Part shown: one piece after another, positions 1 to 8,879 of the stretch
How the letters are laid out: every line of letters begins with the position of its first letter
How positions within the stretch are numbered: the stretch's first letter is position 1
DNA from: Thermoanaerobaculia bacterium
GTDB taxonomy: Bacteria; Acidobacteriota; Thermoanaerobaculia; Multivoradales; JAHEKO01
DNA length: 42,569 nt
NCBI GenBank assembly: GCA_041575955.1
Contig: JBFGLX010000001.1
Coordinates: forward strand, 1 to 42,569
Direction: 5' to 3'
Notes under the pieces: model-generated
Told to the model about the DNA's origin: nothing
The model's database searches: none
Seen by the model: only the letters and a program-made list of their open reading frames with translations
Made by a program: the position numbers and the translations under genes

Positions 1-140
1 GTCGGGGGTGGGCAGCGCGATCCGGTTTCAGAAGGGGCGCGAGCCAGCCCCGGACGGGGGACTTGCCCACCCCCGACCCCCGGCCCTGGACCCGCCGATG
101 TCGCAGGGACTCGCCGGGCGATCCGCTCCCAGGTGGCTAG

Positions 141-719
141 CTACCCGCCGGAGGGCGTCTGCCAGCGCTCGAAGAGGTCCTCGGGGAGCTCGATACCCAC
201 CAGGTCGAGCACCCGGTTCACCGTCTGGTTGACGATGTCGTCGACGGTCGCGGGCCGGTGGTAGAACGCAGGCACCGGCGGCGCGATCACCGCCCCCATC
301 TCGATCGCCTGGCGCATCAGGCGAACGTGGCCCAGGTGCAGCGGCGTCTCGCGCAGCACCAGCACCAGCCGGCGCCGCTCCTTGAGGGTCACGTCCGCGG
401 CGCGCTGCAGCAGGTTGTCGGCGTAGCAGTTGGCCACTCCGGCGAGCGTCCGGATGGTCGCCGGGATCACCACCATGCCGGCGGTCTGGAAGGAGCCGGA
501 GGAGATCGAGGCGGCGATGTCGCCCGGCTGGTAGGACTGGTCGGCGAGCGCCACCACCTGGTCGACCGTGCGGTCGGTCTCGAGCAGCACGGTGCGCCTG
601 GCCGCCGGCGACATCACCAGGTGGGTCTCGACGCCCTCGACCCCGCGCAGCACCTCCAGCAGCCGGATGCCGTAGATGGCTCCGCTGGCTCCGGCCATTC
701 CGACGACGAGTCGCTTCAA
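141..719 (-). CDS. ubiX: Flavin prenyltransferase UbiX (UbiX/Pad1 family)
   Basis: The last 192 aa of the 141..2957 ORF (LKRLVVGMAGASGAIYGIRLLE ... SSGSFQTAGMVVIPATIRTLAGVANCYADNLLQRAADVTLKERRRLVLVLRETPLH ...) have the UbiX flavoprotein signature. I chose the TTG start at 719; an ATG at 698 is an alternative. The upstream 746 aa of that ORF is an antisense shadow of recQ. Confidence 0.9.
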   Translation of the reverse strand: MKRLVVGMAGASGAIYGIRLLEVLRGVEGVETHLVMSPAARRTVLLETDRTVDQVVALADQSYQPGDIAASISSGSFQTAGMVVIPATIRTLAGVANCYADNLLQRAADVTLKERRRLVLVLRETPLHLGHVRLMRQAIEMGAVIAPPVPAFYHRPATVDDIVNQTVNRVLDLVGIELPEDLFERWQTPSGG

Positions 720-884
720 TCCCGAACCCTCACGGCAGAGCCGGAATCCTACCGGATACGGCGGGCCAGCGGGCCGATTCCGGGCCTCCGGCGGTCGATC
801 GGGGAAGCCGGACGGCGAGATCCGCCGGCCACCTGCCGTCCCTATCCGTAGGGGCGCTCGAGCCCAGCCGTCTACAATCGCCCG

Positions 885-2711
885 ATGGAGACCGTCACCA
901 CGACCCCCTCGACGCCGCTCGAGGTGCTGCGCCAGGTCTTCGGGTACGACTCCTTTCGCGGCCGCCAGCGCGAGATCATCGAGCACGTCCTCGGCGGCCG
1001 GGACGCGCTGGTCCTGATGCCCACCGGCGGCGGCAAGAGCCTCTGCTATCAGATCCCGGCGATCCTGCGGCCGGGCGTCGCGGTGGTGATCTCGCCGCTG
1101 ATCTCGCTCATGCAGGACCAGGTCGAGGCCCTGCGCGAGGCCGGCGTCCGGGCAGCGTTCCTGAACTCGGCCCTGAGCCGCGAGCGGGCGTGGGCCGTCG
1201 AGCGCGACCTCGCCGCCGGCGCTCTCGACCTGGTCTACGTGGCGCCGGAGCGGCTCGCCACCGAGAGCTTCCTGGAGCTCATCGAGCGCTCGCCCCTGGC
1301 CCTGTTCGCCATCGACGAAGCCCACTGCGTGAGCCAGTGGGGCCACGATTTCCGGCCCGAATACCGCCAGCTCGATCTCCTCCACCGGCGTTTCCCGCGG
1401 GTACCGCGCATCGCGCTGACCGCCACCGCCGACGAGCCCACCCGGCGCGAGATCCTCGATCACCTCGACCTGCCCACGGCCGGCGTCTTCATCTCCGGAT
1501 TCGATCGCCCCAACATCCGCTACCAAGTGGTCGCCAAGTCGAACGCCCGCCGGCAGCTGCTCGCGTTCATCAGGGCGAGGCACCACGGCGAGAGCGGCAT
1601 CGTCTACTGCATGAGCCGCAAGAAGGTCGAGGGGACCGCCGACTTCCTCGCCGGCGAGGGGGTGGCCGCCCTGCCCTACCACGCCGGCCTCGACCAGAGC
1701 GTGCGGGCGGCCAACCAGCAGCGCTTCATCAACGAGGACGGCCGGGTGATGGTCGCGACGATCGCCTTCGGCATGGGCATCGACAAGCCGGACGTGCGGT
1801 TCGTCGCCCACCTCGATCTCCCCAAGAGCGTCGAGGCCTACTACCAGGAGACCGGGCGGGCGGGGCGCGACGGCCTGCCGGCCGACGCCTGGATGACCTA
1901 CGGCTACGGCGACGCCGTCTTCATCCGGCAGCTGGTCGAGCGCTCCGACGCGCCCGACGAGCGCAAGCGGATCGAGCAGCTCAAGCTCAACGCCCTGCTC
2001 GGCTTCTGCGAGACCGCCGAGTGCCGGCGGGCGGTGCTGCTGCGCTCGTTTGGCGAGGAGCACGCCGGTGGCTGCGGCAACTGCGACACCTGCGAGACTC
2101 CGGTCGAGACCTGGGACGGCACCACCACGGCGCAGAAGGCGCTGTCGAACGTCTACCGCACCGGCGAGCGGTTCGGCGCGGCCTACCTCGCCGACGTGCT
2201 GATCGGCGGCGGCGGCGAGCGCGTCGCCCGCAACGGCCACGCCACGATCTCGACCTTCGGCATCGGCGACGAGCTCGACCGCAACGGCTGGATGAGCGTC
2301 TACCGCCAGCTGGTCGCGGCCGGCATGCTGCGCGTCGATCCCGGGCACGGGGGCCTGTCGCTGACCGCGGCGGCCCGGCCGGCGCTGCGGGGCGAGCGCG
2401 AGGTGCGGCTGCGCCGAGACCCGGTGCCGGCGAGAGCGACGAGCCGGCGATCGCGCGGGCGCTCGCTCGACGGCATCCTCGAGTCGTCGCTCGACCGCGA
2501 GCTGTTCGAGGCGCTGCGGGAGAAGCGCCTGGAGATCGCCCGCGACAAGGGCGTGCCCCCCTACGTGATCTTCCACGACCGCACGCTGATCGAGATGGCG
2601 CGCGAGCGGCCGGCCTCGCCCGAGGCCCTGTCGACCCTGCCCGGAGTCGGCCGTACCAAGCTCGAGCGCTATGGTGATATATTCCTGCGCGTTATCGAGA
2701 CGTACGGCTGA
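885..2711 (+). CDS. recQ: ATP-dependent DNA helicase RecQ
   Basis: 608 aa. Carries [14 protein letters not shown], the Walker A motif [15 protein letters not shown], the DEAH box ([20 protein letters not shown]), the Zn-binding Cys cluster CRR..CGNCDTC, and a C-terminal HRDC domain ([17 protein letters not shown]). Divergent from ubiX. Confidence 0.95.
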   Translation: METVTTTPSTPLEVLRQVFGYDSFRGRQREIIEHVLGGRDALVLMPTGGGKSLCYQIPAILRPGVAVVISPLISLMQDQVEALREAGVRAAFLNSALSRERAWAVERDLAAGALDLVYVAPERLATESFLELIERSPLALFAIDEAHCVSQWGHDFRPEYRQLDLLHRRFPRVPRIALTATADEPTRREILDHLDLPTAGVFISGFDRPNIRYQVVAKSNARRQLLAFIRARHHGESGIVYCMSRKKVEGTADFLAGEGVAALPYHAGLDQSVRAANQQRFINEDGRVMVATIAFGMGIDKPDVRFVAHLDLPKSVEAYYQETGRAGRDGLPADAWMTYGYGDAVFIRQLVERSDAPDERKRIEQLKLNALLGFCETAECRRAVLLRSFGEEHAGGCGNCDTCETPVETWDGTTTAQKALSNVYRTGERFGAAYLADVLIGGGGERVARNGHATISTFGIGDELDRNGWMSVYRQLVAAGMLRVDPGHGGLSLTAAARPALRGEREVRLRRDPVPARATSRRSRGRSLDGILESSLDRELFEALREKRLEIARDKGVPPYVIFHDRTLIEMARERPASPEALSTLPGVGRTKLERYGDIFLRVIETYG

Positions 2712-2856
2712 CGGAGCCCGCCGGGGTCGGCCGCACAGAGGAAGGATCGACCGACGCCGCTCCGCCGGGGCGCGCCGGGTCGATCCGGACAGACGAGCAG
2801 GCGCAGGGCCTGTTCTCCGTCTACCAGCATCTGCGAGGGAAAAGGAAGGTTTCACC

Positions 2857-4350
2857 ATGACACGAATCAAGAGCGCTCTCATCGCCGCCGTGCTGCTGTC
2901 GATCGGCGCGAGCACCGCCGCCAGCGCCGGCTGGCTCCACTTTGCCAACGCGGTCATTCAAGCGGAGCGCGCGGTCCAGAAGCACCCGGTCAAGCTGACC
3001 CAGACGATCATCGTGCCCAAGGCCGCGGAGGCGCCGCTGGTCTGCACCGGCTACAGCAACAATCTGGCGCAGGACAGCAAGGGGAGAATCGTCACCAGCG
3101 TGCTGGCGGCGTACGCCGACGGCACCCAGGAGAGGAAGAAGCTGATCAGCAAGGTCAGGCGGGGCTTCTCGATCGCGTGCAAGAAGCTGGGCAAGGACCT
3201 CGCCTCCGGCGACGTGGTCATCTTCGAGCACGCCTTCAAGGGCTTTCCCCGGCTGAGGATCGAGGGCCGGCGCAGCAACTTCGCCGAGATCGCCTCGATC
3301 ATCTCGACCGCCGGAGTGCCGGGCCTGGCGCAGGACGCGCCGCTCGGCTTCGGACCGGCCAAGGGCAGCGCCCCCCTCAACCTCCTGCCCGAGAAGGGTC
3401 CCGGCTGGTACCACTCCTCGCGCTCGCTCTTCCAGGCCGACAGGGACGGCCAGAAGCACCCGCCGAGCCTGGAACGGACGGTCTTCATTCCGGACGATCG
3501 GGCCGACGTGCGCATCTGCGCCGGCTACAACAACATCGCCAGGCGGCCGAACCAGGGCCGAGTCGTGGCGGCGGCCCTGGTCAACCACGCCGACGGCACC
3601 CTCGAGAGGCTGAACTTCATCGGTGGCGTCAGGAGCAACCGCTTCCTGGTCTGCAAGCGACCGTCGAAAGACCTCGCCGCGGGGACGTTCGTCGAGTTCT
3701 TCTTCCTGCTCAAGGGCATGGACAAGCTCCAGATGGTCGGCCAGACCATCGGCTTCGCCGACATCGTCGGCGCGGTCTCCACCTCCGGCGACCCGATCTT
3801 CCGCGAGCCGCCGCCACCGGCCAACCCGAAGCCCGGGCCCGAGCCGCCCGCGCCGAATCCCCCGCCCCCGCCGCCGCCCCCGCCGGGTCCGAACCCGCCT
3901 CCGGGAGGCGGCGGCATCTCGTCGGCGGACGAGATCGCCGTGTCCACGCTGATGATCCTCAACAAGAAGGTCCAGCTCTGGCGGTCGAAGAACGACGAGC
4001 CGAGGAAGTGGACCGTGGTCGGGCCCAAGACCCGCGCGGTCCCGGGCACCAACCAGCTCATCGCGAGCACCGCGGGCTTCGGCGATACCCCGGCCGCCGC
4101 GCTGGCCGACTACGAGCGCAAGCAGGGCAGCCTGGGGCCGCGAGGGCCGCAGCTGAGTGCCGCCGATCGGGCCGGCCTGGTGTGGTACGCGAGCATGAGC
4201 TCGGCCGGCGGTCCGACCTCGGTCCGCCGCGACGGCTCCGGCAAGTACTACGGCGAGTACTACCGGCCGAGCCACGGCGCCCAGCACAAGGGGCCGCTGT
4301 CGTCGCTGTCGGCGGCCTTCAGCTGGCTCAAGTCGCGGCTGGGGGGCTAG
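2857..4350 (+). CDS. Secreted hypothetical protein: two about 117-aa internal repeats, a poly-Pro linker and a C-terminal domain
   Basis: ATG at 2857 is preceded by GGGAAAAGGAAGG. The signal peptide is MTRIKSALIAAVLLSIGASTAASA. High GC3. Two paralogous modules are visible (see findings). I do not recognise the family. Confidence 0.75.
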   Translation: MTRIKSALIAAVLLSIGASTAASAGWLHFANAVIQAERAVQKHPVKLTQTIIVPKAAEAPLVCTGYSNNLAQDSKGRIVTSVLAAYADGTQERKKLISKVRRGFSIACKKLGKDLASGDVVIFEHAFKGFPRLRIEGRRSNFAEIASIISTAGVPGLAQDAPLGFGPAKGSAPLNLLPEKGPGWYHSSRSLFQADRDGQKHPPSLERTVFIPDDRADVRICAGYNNIARRPNQGRVVAAALVNHADGTLERLNFIGGVRSNRFLVCKRPSKDLAAGTFVEFFFLLKGMDKLQMVGQTIGFADIVGAVSTSGDPIFREPPPPANPKPGPEPPAPNPPPPPPPPPGPNPPPGGGGISSADEIAVSTLMILNKKVQLWRSKNDEPRKWTVVGPKTRAVPGTNQLIASTAGFGDTPAAALADYERKQGSLGPRGPQLSAADRAGLVWYASMSSAGGPTSVRRDGSGKYYGEYYRPSHGAQHKGPLSSLSAAFSWLKSRLGG

Positions 4351-4365
4351 CCCGGGCTTCGGGCT
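4349..4365 (+). terminator. GC hairpin immediately after the stop of 2857..4350 (possible terminator)
   Basis: AGCCCG-GGCTT-CGGGCT overlaps the TAG stop. A second weak CCC-UUCG-GGG hairpin lies at 4375-4384. There is no T-tract, so the call is weak. Confidence 0.3.
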
Positions 4366-4885
4366 CGCCTCCCGCCCTTCGGGGTCTCCGGAGCACCGAG
4401 CTCGACGAGCTCAGTCGTTCCAGATGAAGGCCAGGAGCGTGTCCAGGAGGTCGAGGAGTAGTCCGGGCATTGCCTTTCTCTTTCCGTGTCCGGCGTCGAC
4501 AGCAGCGTCGCGACCGGGAATGGATAAGGCACTCCCCGTGCCAGCCGTTTTCATCCTCGCCAGGAACCGGGGCGGCCCTGGACTGATCCCGGCAAGTACT
4601 GGATTGAAACGAGATACCGGGCCGACCAGCCGAGCCGTCGACGGCGGCGGCAGCCGTCGGCAGTGAAAAGAAACGGCGGCCGCCAGCCGGAAAGATGGCG
4701 GCCGCCGGGCGCGCGCCACCGGATTCGTCGGCTGCCGCCCGCGCCGCTCGCGCAGTTGAAACTCCGCGGCGGGAGCTCCGGCCGCCCGCTTATACTCGCC
4801 GGCACGTCCGAACCGGACGCGCACCCGGAGGCGGGCCGGCGCCGCGGCGGGCGCTCGGCCGGCTCGAAGCCGCGCCCCGACGACC

Positions 4886-6346
4886 ATGAAGCCATCGACG
4901 CCGAGCCTGCCCGATCTCTCGCGTCTCGGCCCGGCCGCCTGGCTCGGGATCGCGGCGGCCACGGGAGTGGCCGCGGGCCTGTTGATCGGCAATGCGTCGC
5001 CCCTCGTGCTGCTGGCGCTGGTCGTCGGAGCGGCGGCGACGGCGGCGATCCTGGCCTCGCCCGAGCTCGGCCTGCTGGCGATCGTGCTGACCACCTATCT
5101 GAGCCTGTCGAATGTCCTGATCCTGTTCTACGGTGCGCCCTCGATCGCCAAGTTCCTGGCGCCGCTCGTGCTGCTCGCCGTGCTGCTGCGCTGGGCGCGC
5201 ACGGGCGAGCGGCCGCAGGGCTGGCGCCAGCCCCTGCTCCTGGCGTCGACCTACGGGCTCGCGTGCGTCCTGTCGCTGCTTGCGGCCACCGAACCGAGCG
5301 TCTCGCTGGAGAGTCTGGTCACGCTGGCCAAGAACGCCCTCCTGTTCACGCTCATCGCCATGCTCGTCCGCAGCGGCGCGACCCTGAGGCGCGTGGTCTG
5401 GACGCTGATCGCCGTCGGCCTCTTCCTGGGCACCATCGGCGTGCACCAGCAGCTGACCGGGAACTTCGGCTTCAGCTACTGGGGCTTCGGCCGGGCGCCC
5501 GAGGTGTTCGCGCTCGAGGGCGAGAGCACGGCCCGCCTCGGGGGCCCCATCGGCGACCCGAACTTCTTCGGCATGATGATGCTCGCGCTGGTACCGATGG
5601 CGCTCGATCGCGCTCTCGCCGAGCCGCGCTGGGAGCTGCGGCTCACGGCCTTGTGGGCCGCCCTGGTGACCGCCATGACCCTCGTCTTCACCTACTCGCG
5701 CAGCGCTCTGTTGAGCTTCGTGGCCACCATGCTGTTGTTCGTGGCGGTGCGCCGGCCGCGGCCGGCGCACCTGCTGGCGGCCGCCCTGGTCGCCCTGCTG
5801 CTGATGCCGCTGGTGCCGAGCACCTACGCCACCCGGGTCTCGGAGCTCGCGAGCTCGGTGATCGAGATCACCGAGCGGGGCACGACCCGCGAGATCTCGG
5901 TCCGCGGGCGATTGAGCGAGAACCTGGTCGCCCTCGAGATGTTCCTAGAGCATCCGCTGACCGGAGTCGGCCTGGCCAACTACCCCGTCCTTTATCAGGA
6001 GTACTCGCGCCGCATCGGCCTCGATCCGCGAGCCACGGACCGGCAGCCGCACAATCTCTACCTCGAGGTTCTCTCGGAGACCGGGCTGATCGGGTTCGCG
6101 GCCTTCGGGCTGCTGGTCTGGGTCGCACTACGCGGTGCCGTGGCGGCGCGCCGGAGCCTGCTCGGCGCCGGCCGGCGGGACCTCGCCCTGCTGGCGGAGG
6201 GTCTGACCCTCGGCTTCGTCGGCTACCTGGTCGCTTCGATCTTCCTGCACTCCTTCCACCCCCGCTACTTCTGGCTGCTCGCCGCGGTCACGCTCGCGCT
6301 GCCGCGGGTGGCGGCGTCGGAGCTGGCCGCCACCGAGCCGGATTGA
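4886..6346 (+). CDS. O-antigen ligase / Wzy-like polysaccharide polymerase family membrane protein
   Basis: 486 aa and polytopic. Has Wzy_C-type motifs (FTYSRSALLSF..., RQPHNLYLEVLSETGLIGFAAFGLLVW). High GC3. Confidence 0.8.
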   Translation: MKPSTPSLPDLSRLGPAAWLGIAAATGVAAGLLIGNASPLVLLALVVGAAATAAILASPELGLLAIVLTTYLSLSNVLILFYGAPSIAKFLAPLVLLAVLLRWARTGERPQGWRQPLLLASTYGLACVLSLLAATEPSVSLESLVTLAKNALLFTLIAMLVRSGATLRRVVWTLIAVGLFLGTIGVHQQLTGNFGFSYWGFGRAPEVFALEGESTARLGGPIGDPNFFGMMMLALVPMALDRALAEPRWELRLTALWAALVTAMTLVFTYSRSALLSFVATMLLFVAVRRPRPAHLLAAALVALLLMPLVPSTYATRVSELASSVIEITERGTTREISVRGRLSENLVALEMFLEHPLTGVGLANYPVLYQEYSRRIGLDPRATDRQPHNLYLEVLSETGLIGFAAFGLLVWVALRGAVAARRSLLGAGRRDLALLAEGLTLGFVGYLVASIFLHSFHPRYFWLLAAVTLALPRVAASELAATEPD

Positions 6347-6363
6347 AGAGCCACTCGCCTCAT

Positions 6364-6388
6364 GACTCGACATCTTTGCGCTCGAGTC
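6364..6388 (+). terminator. 7-bp stem hairpin downstream of the Wzy-like gene (candidate terminator)
   Basis: GACTCGA-(11 nt)-TCGAGTC lies 18 nt after the stop at 6346. There is no U-tract. Confidence 0.3.
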
Positions 6389-6475
6389 AAACCGTCTGCC
6401 GCTCCGATCCGGCCTCAGCCTTTCGCAGCGTGCGGTCCTCGCGGAGCAAGCTCAAGCGGCTCGCGGTCCCGACCC

Positions 6476-6543
6476 GAGCGAAACGCAGCAGATTCAGGTA
6501 GCTGCGGAATTGTGGACGGAGGTTGGTGAGAAGGTCGGGCTAG
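6476..6543. repeat. 68-nt intergenic repeat, copy A (ends on the stop codon of 6540..7145)
   Basis: GAGCGAAACGCAGCAGATTCAGGTAGCTGCGGAATTGTGGACGGAGGTTGGTGAGAAGGTCGGGCTAG matches copy B at 60 of 68 positions. Contains the hairpin CGCAGC-AGATTCAGGTA-GCTGCG. Confidence 0.85.
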
Positions 6544-7145
6544 CGCGCGTCGGCCGAGCGCTCGCGCTGGATGCGCCACCGGCCGTCTTCCCAGACCAGG
6601 TCGAGGGTCTTGCGGACGGTGTCGCTGTAGCCGTCGGAACGGTAGTACTGCAGGAACGTGGCCCGGGCGCTACCGCCGCCCAGGAGCTCGGTCTCGAGGC
6701 CGGTGATCGCCACCCGCACGAAGCGGGCCGATGACAGGCGCTCGCGGCGCTGGGCTTCCCAGAGCCGCCGGTTGGCGCCTCCCTCCGGCACGAAGGAGCG
6801 CGAATAGGAGGCGAGGTAGTCTTCGACCCGGCGCTCCGACCAGGCTCCGACCCACTCCTTGACCGACTCGACCAGGGCCCGCTCCGAGCCTCCGGCGGGC
6901 GGCGGCGGCGCGACGGCCCGCCGAGGCTTCGCGGCGGGCGGCGCGGCCTGCCCCGGCGCTCGAGCCGGTGGCGGCGGGGCGGCGGCGGCGCCCGGCGCGG
7001 CTTCGCCGGCCGGCGACGGCGGTCCGACGGCCGCGGCGGCCGGCGGCTCGAGATCCCCCTCGGCGGAACGTTGCCCGAGCCAGACGAGCAGCAGGACGAC
7101 CGCCGCGGCGATCATCAGAAAAGGCAGGGTGAGGCTTCGTCGCAC
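6540..7145 (-). CDS. Membrane-anchored Pro/Ala-rich protein with a C-terminal NTF2/SnoaL-like (Cds6-type) domain
   Basis: 201 aa. It has an N-terminal TM helix (LPFLMIAAAVVLLLVWL), then an about 70-aa P/A-rich linker, then VKEWVGAWSERRVEDYLASYSRSF...ATFLQYYRSDGYSDTVRKTLDLVWEDGRWRIQRE, which is typical of NTF2-like domains. Confidence 0.7.
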   Translation of the reverse strand: MRRSLTLPFLMIAAAVVLLLVWLGQRSAEGDLEPPAAAAVGPPSPAGEAAPGAAAAPPPPARAPGQAAPPAAKPRRAVAPPPPAGGSERALVESVKEWVGAWSERRVEDYLASYSRSFVPEGGANRRLWEAQRRERLSSARFVRVAITGLETELLGGGSARATFLQYYRSDGYSDTVRKTLDLVWEDGRWRIQRERSADAR

Positions 7146-7273
7146 GGCGCCGACCGCCCTAGCCTGACCTTCTCGCCAGCGTTCGATGCAGAAGGCCGCA
7201 AATGCCTGGAGATGCGAGGCTTGCGACCGAGAGCGACGCAGGCGTATGGAACATACGTCGAGGAGCTCGACGA

Positions 7274-7341
7274 GAGCGAAACGCGGCAGATTCAGGTAGT
7301 TGCGGCATTGTGGGCGAAGGTTGGCGAGATGGTCAGGCTAG
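7274..7341. repeat. 68-nt intergenic repeat, copy B (ends on the stop codon of 7338..8726)
   Basis: GAGCGAAACGCGGCAGATTCAGGTAGTTGCGGCATTGTGGGCGAAGGTTGGCGAGATGGTCAGGCTAG. The hairpin is CGCGGC-AGATTCAGGTA-GTTGCG, maintained with G-U pairs on the plus strand. Confidence 0.85.
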
Positions 7342-8726
7342 AGGGTTCCGATGCCCACCGCAGGCACCCCCGCTGCCTGTCTGTCCTTCATTTCCGCCAG
7401 GAACGCGACCAGCGTGCCGAGGACGAGGCCGAGCAGCGCGCCGACCAGCAGGCGGAGCTTCTTGTTCAGGGTGAGCGGATCGCTGCCGACGCGAACCTCC
7501 TGAATCAGGCTGATGTTGGAGATCTTCTCCCGGTCGAGCTGGTCGAGCAGCCGCGCCTCCTCGAGCTGGGCGGCGTAGGTGCGGTAGCTCTTTTCGTTCA
7601 TGTCCCGCTCCCGCACCAGCTCGCGGTACCTCTTGCTGCGCGTCGGCAGGGTGGCCAGCCGCCGTTCCAGCCACGCCATCTGCTCGGCGAGCCCTTCGGC
7701 CTTGGCCATCTCGAAGCTCAGCTCGGCCTCGAGAGCGGTCATCTGTTCGGCCAGCTGGTCGGCGGCGCCACCTCTGCCGATCAGCTCCTCCTGCTCCGCC
7801 AGGAAGCTCTCGATGGTCTTGATCTGCTCGCGCACGGCCGTCACCCGCCGGCTGTTTTCGCTGAAGCTGCCGAGCAGCCGCTTCTCCTCCACCTGCAGGT
7901 CGAGCAGATTCAACCGGGCGTTCTGGATGATCCGGCTCTCCCGGGCCTTGGCCGCGGCCAGGCCGTCGTAGGCGGCCAGCCGCTGCTGTTCGCCCAAGAA
8001 GGCGATCTGCTGCTTGAGCCCGGCAATCCGATTGCTGGACTGGTTGAACTCCGATTCGAGCCCCGCCCGCCGCTCGAGCAGGAGCCGGCCGTGCTCCTCC
8101 AGGTAGAGCGTCTCGTCGGCGAGCACGAAGACCTCCAGCTCTCCCTCGGACTGCTCCAGCCGGTCGCGGAAGTCCGCGACCTTCTCCTCCAGGAACGGCG
8201 GCACGCGCGGGTTGCCGAAGGTCTGGAGGTGCTTCTCCTGGAAGACGTCGACGGCGGTGCTCAGGGCCTGGCCCGCCATTTCGGGATCGGGATGCACGAA
8301 CGTGACCCGGATCACCGACGAGGTGGGCTGGATGCGCGCGGTGAAGGCGGCGGCGAACGCCTCGGCCGCTTCGAGCTGCTTTTCGCTCTCGGTGAGCGCG
8401 CTGTCGGCGAGCGCCGGGTAGAGGCTCTCGGGACCCAGCCTCGCGACCACCGCCTGAATCAGGTCCGAGCTGGTCAGGATGTACAGCTCGGTGTTCAGCG
8501 CCGCCTCGGGGTCCCGGTTGAGCACGGTCGGCCGATCGCCGACGCCCGGCTGGGACCTGTACTCGCGCCCGAGCTGGACCAGCAGGGTGGCCGAGGCCTC
8601 GTACTTCGACGTGCGCGTGAACAGGACGGCGGCGACCGCGAGCACCGTCGCGAGCAGCGTGACCGCGAACGCGAGCCGGTGTCTGAGGACGATTTCAAGG
8701 AGCTGCCTGGGATCGGTGATGGACAT
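7338..8726 (-). CDS. Polysaccharide co-polymerase / chain-length determinant (Wzz/GumC family, no kinase domain)
   Basis: 462 aa. It has an N-terminal TM helix plus the Wzz motif (LLEIVLRHRLAFAVTLLATVLAVAAVLF..YEASATLLV), a long coiled-coil periplasmic region, and a C-terminal TM helix (LRLLVGALLGLVLGTLVAFLAE). Confidence 0.85.
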   Translation of the reverse strand: MSITDPRQLLEIVLRHRLAFAVTLLATVLAVAAVLFTRTSKYEASATLLVQLGREYRSQPGVGDRPTVLNRDPEAALNTELYILTSSDLIQAVVARLGPESLYPALADSALTESEKQLEAAEAFAAAFTARIQPTSSVIRVTFVHPDPEMAGQALSTAVDVFQEKHLQTFGNPRVPPFLEEKVADFRDRLEQSEGELEVFVLADETLYLEEHGRLLLERRAGLESEFNQSSNRIAGLKQQIAFLGEQQRLAAYDGLAAAKARESRIIQNARLNLLDLQVEEKRLLGSFSENSRRVTAVREQIKTIESFLAEQEELIGRGGAADQLAEQMTALEAELSFEMAKAEGLAEQMAWLERRLATLPTRSKRYRELVRERDMNEKSYRTYAAQLEEARLLDQLDREKISNISLIQEVRVGSDPLTLNKKLRLLVGALLGLVLGTLVAFLAEMKDRQAAGVPAVGIGTL

Positions 8727-8879
8727 CGTTGCGCCTCCTACCGGGGTCGGTCAACCCTTGGCAGGGCCGGAGTCTGGATCCACGATTCCCGATCACTATA
8801 GCGAATCGGACAGCGCGCGTCCAAAGGTTCGAAACATTGCCATAAGCCACTTGCCAAAGCTGCTAAACTCTTACGTACC
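8727..8879. promoter_or_regulatory. Divergent promoter region between the co-polymerase (-) and exporter (+) genes
   Basis: 153-nt intergenic region that is noticeably AT-richer than its flanks. It contains a direct repeat TTGCCA-N8-TTGCCA (8837-8856) and a TAAACT -10-like hexamer (8864-8869). No promoter could be assigned with confidence. Confidence 0.4.

Noticed and set aside
141-2957. A 938-aa ORF on the minus strand.
   Set aside because: Only the last 192 aa (UbiX) look like a real protein. The rest is Arg/Ala/Gly-rich sequence lying exactly antisense to recQ, which is a shadow ORF typical of high-GC DNA.
3805-3912. A CCG/CCC-rich nucleotide tract that looks like a simple tandem repeat.
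   Set aside because: It lies in frame inside the secreted protein gene and encodes a poly-proline linker. It is coding low-complexity sequence, not an independent repeat or a CRISPR-like array.
6510-6734. Small plus-strand ORFs covering the 68-nt repeats (MWTEVGEKVGLA... and the matching stretch in copy B).
   Set aside because: The differences between the two copies are almost all non-synonymous in that frame. Copy B has no plausible start, and the ORFs run antisense into real genes. I treat the repeats as non-coding.
8826-8840. A tRNA T-loop-like string GGTTCGAAAC in the 8727-8879 intergenic region.
   Set aside because: The flanking bases cannot form a T-stem, and no acceptor or anticodon arms can be drawn. 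It is not a tRNA.
8837-8856. A sigma-54-like promoter on the minus strand (TGGCAAGTGGCTTATGGCAA) upstream of the co-polymerase gene.
   Set aside because: The -24 TGGCA is present, but the -12 element reads TTAT instead of the highly conserved TTGC. I kept it only as a TTGCCA-N8-TTGCCA direct repeat within the divergent promoter region.
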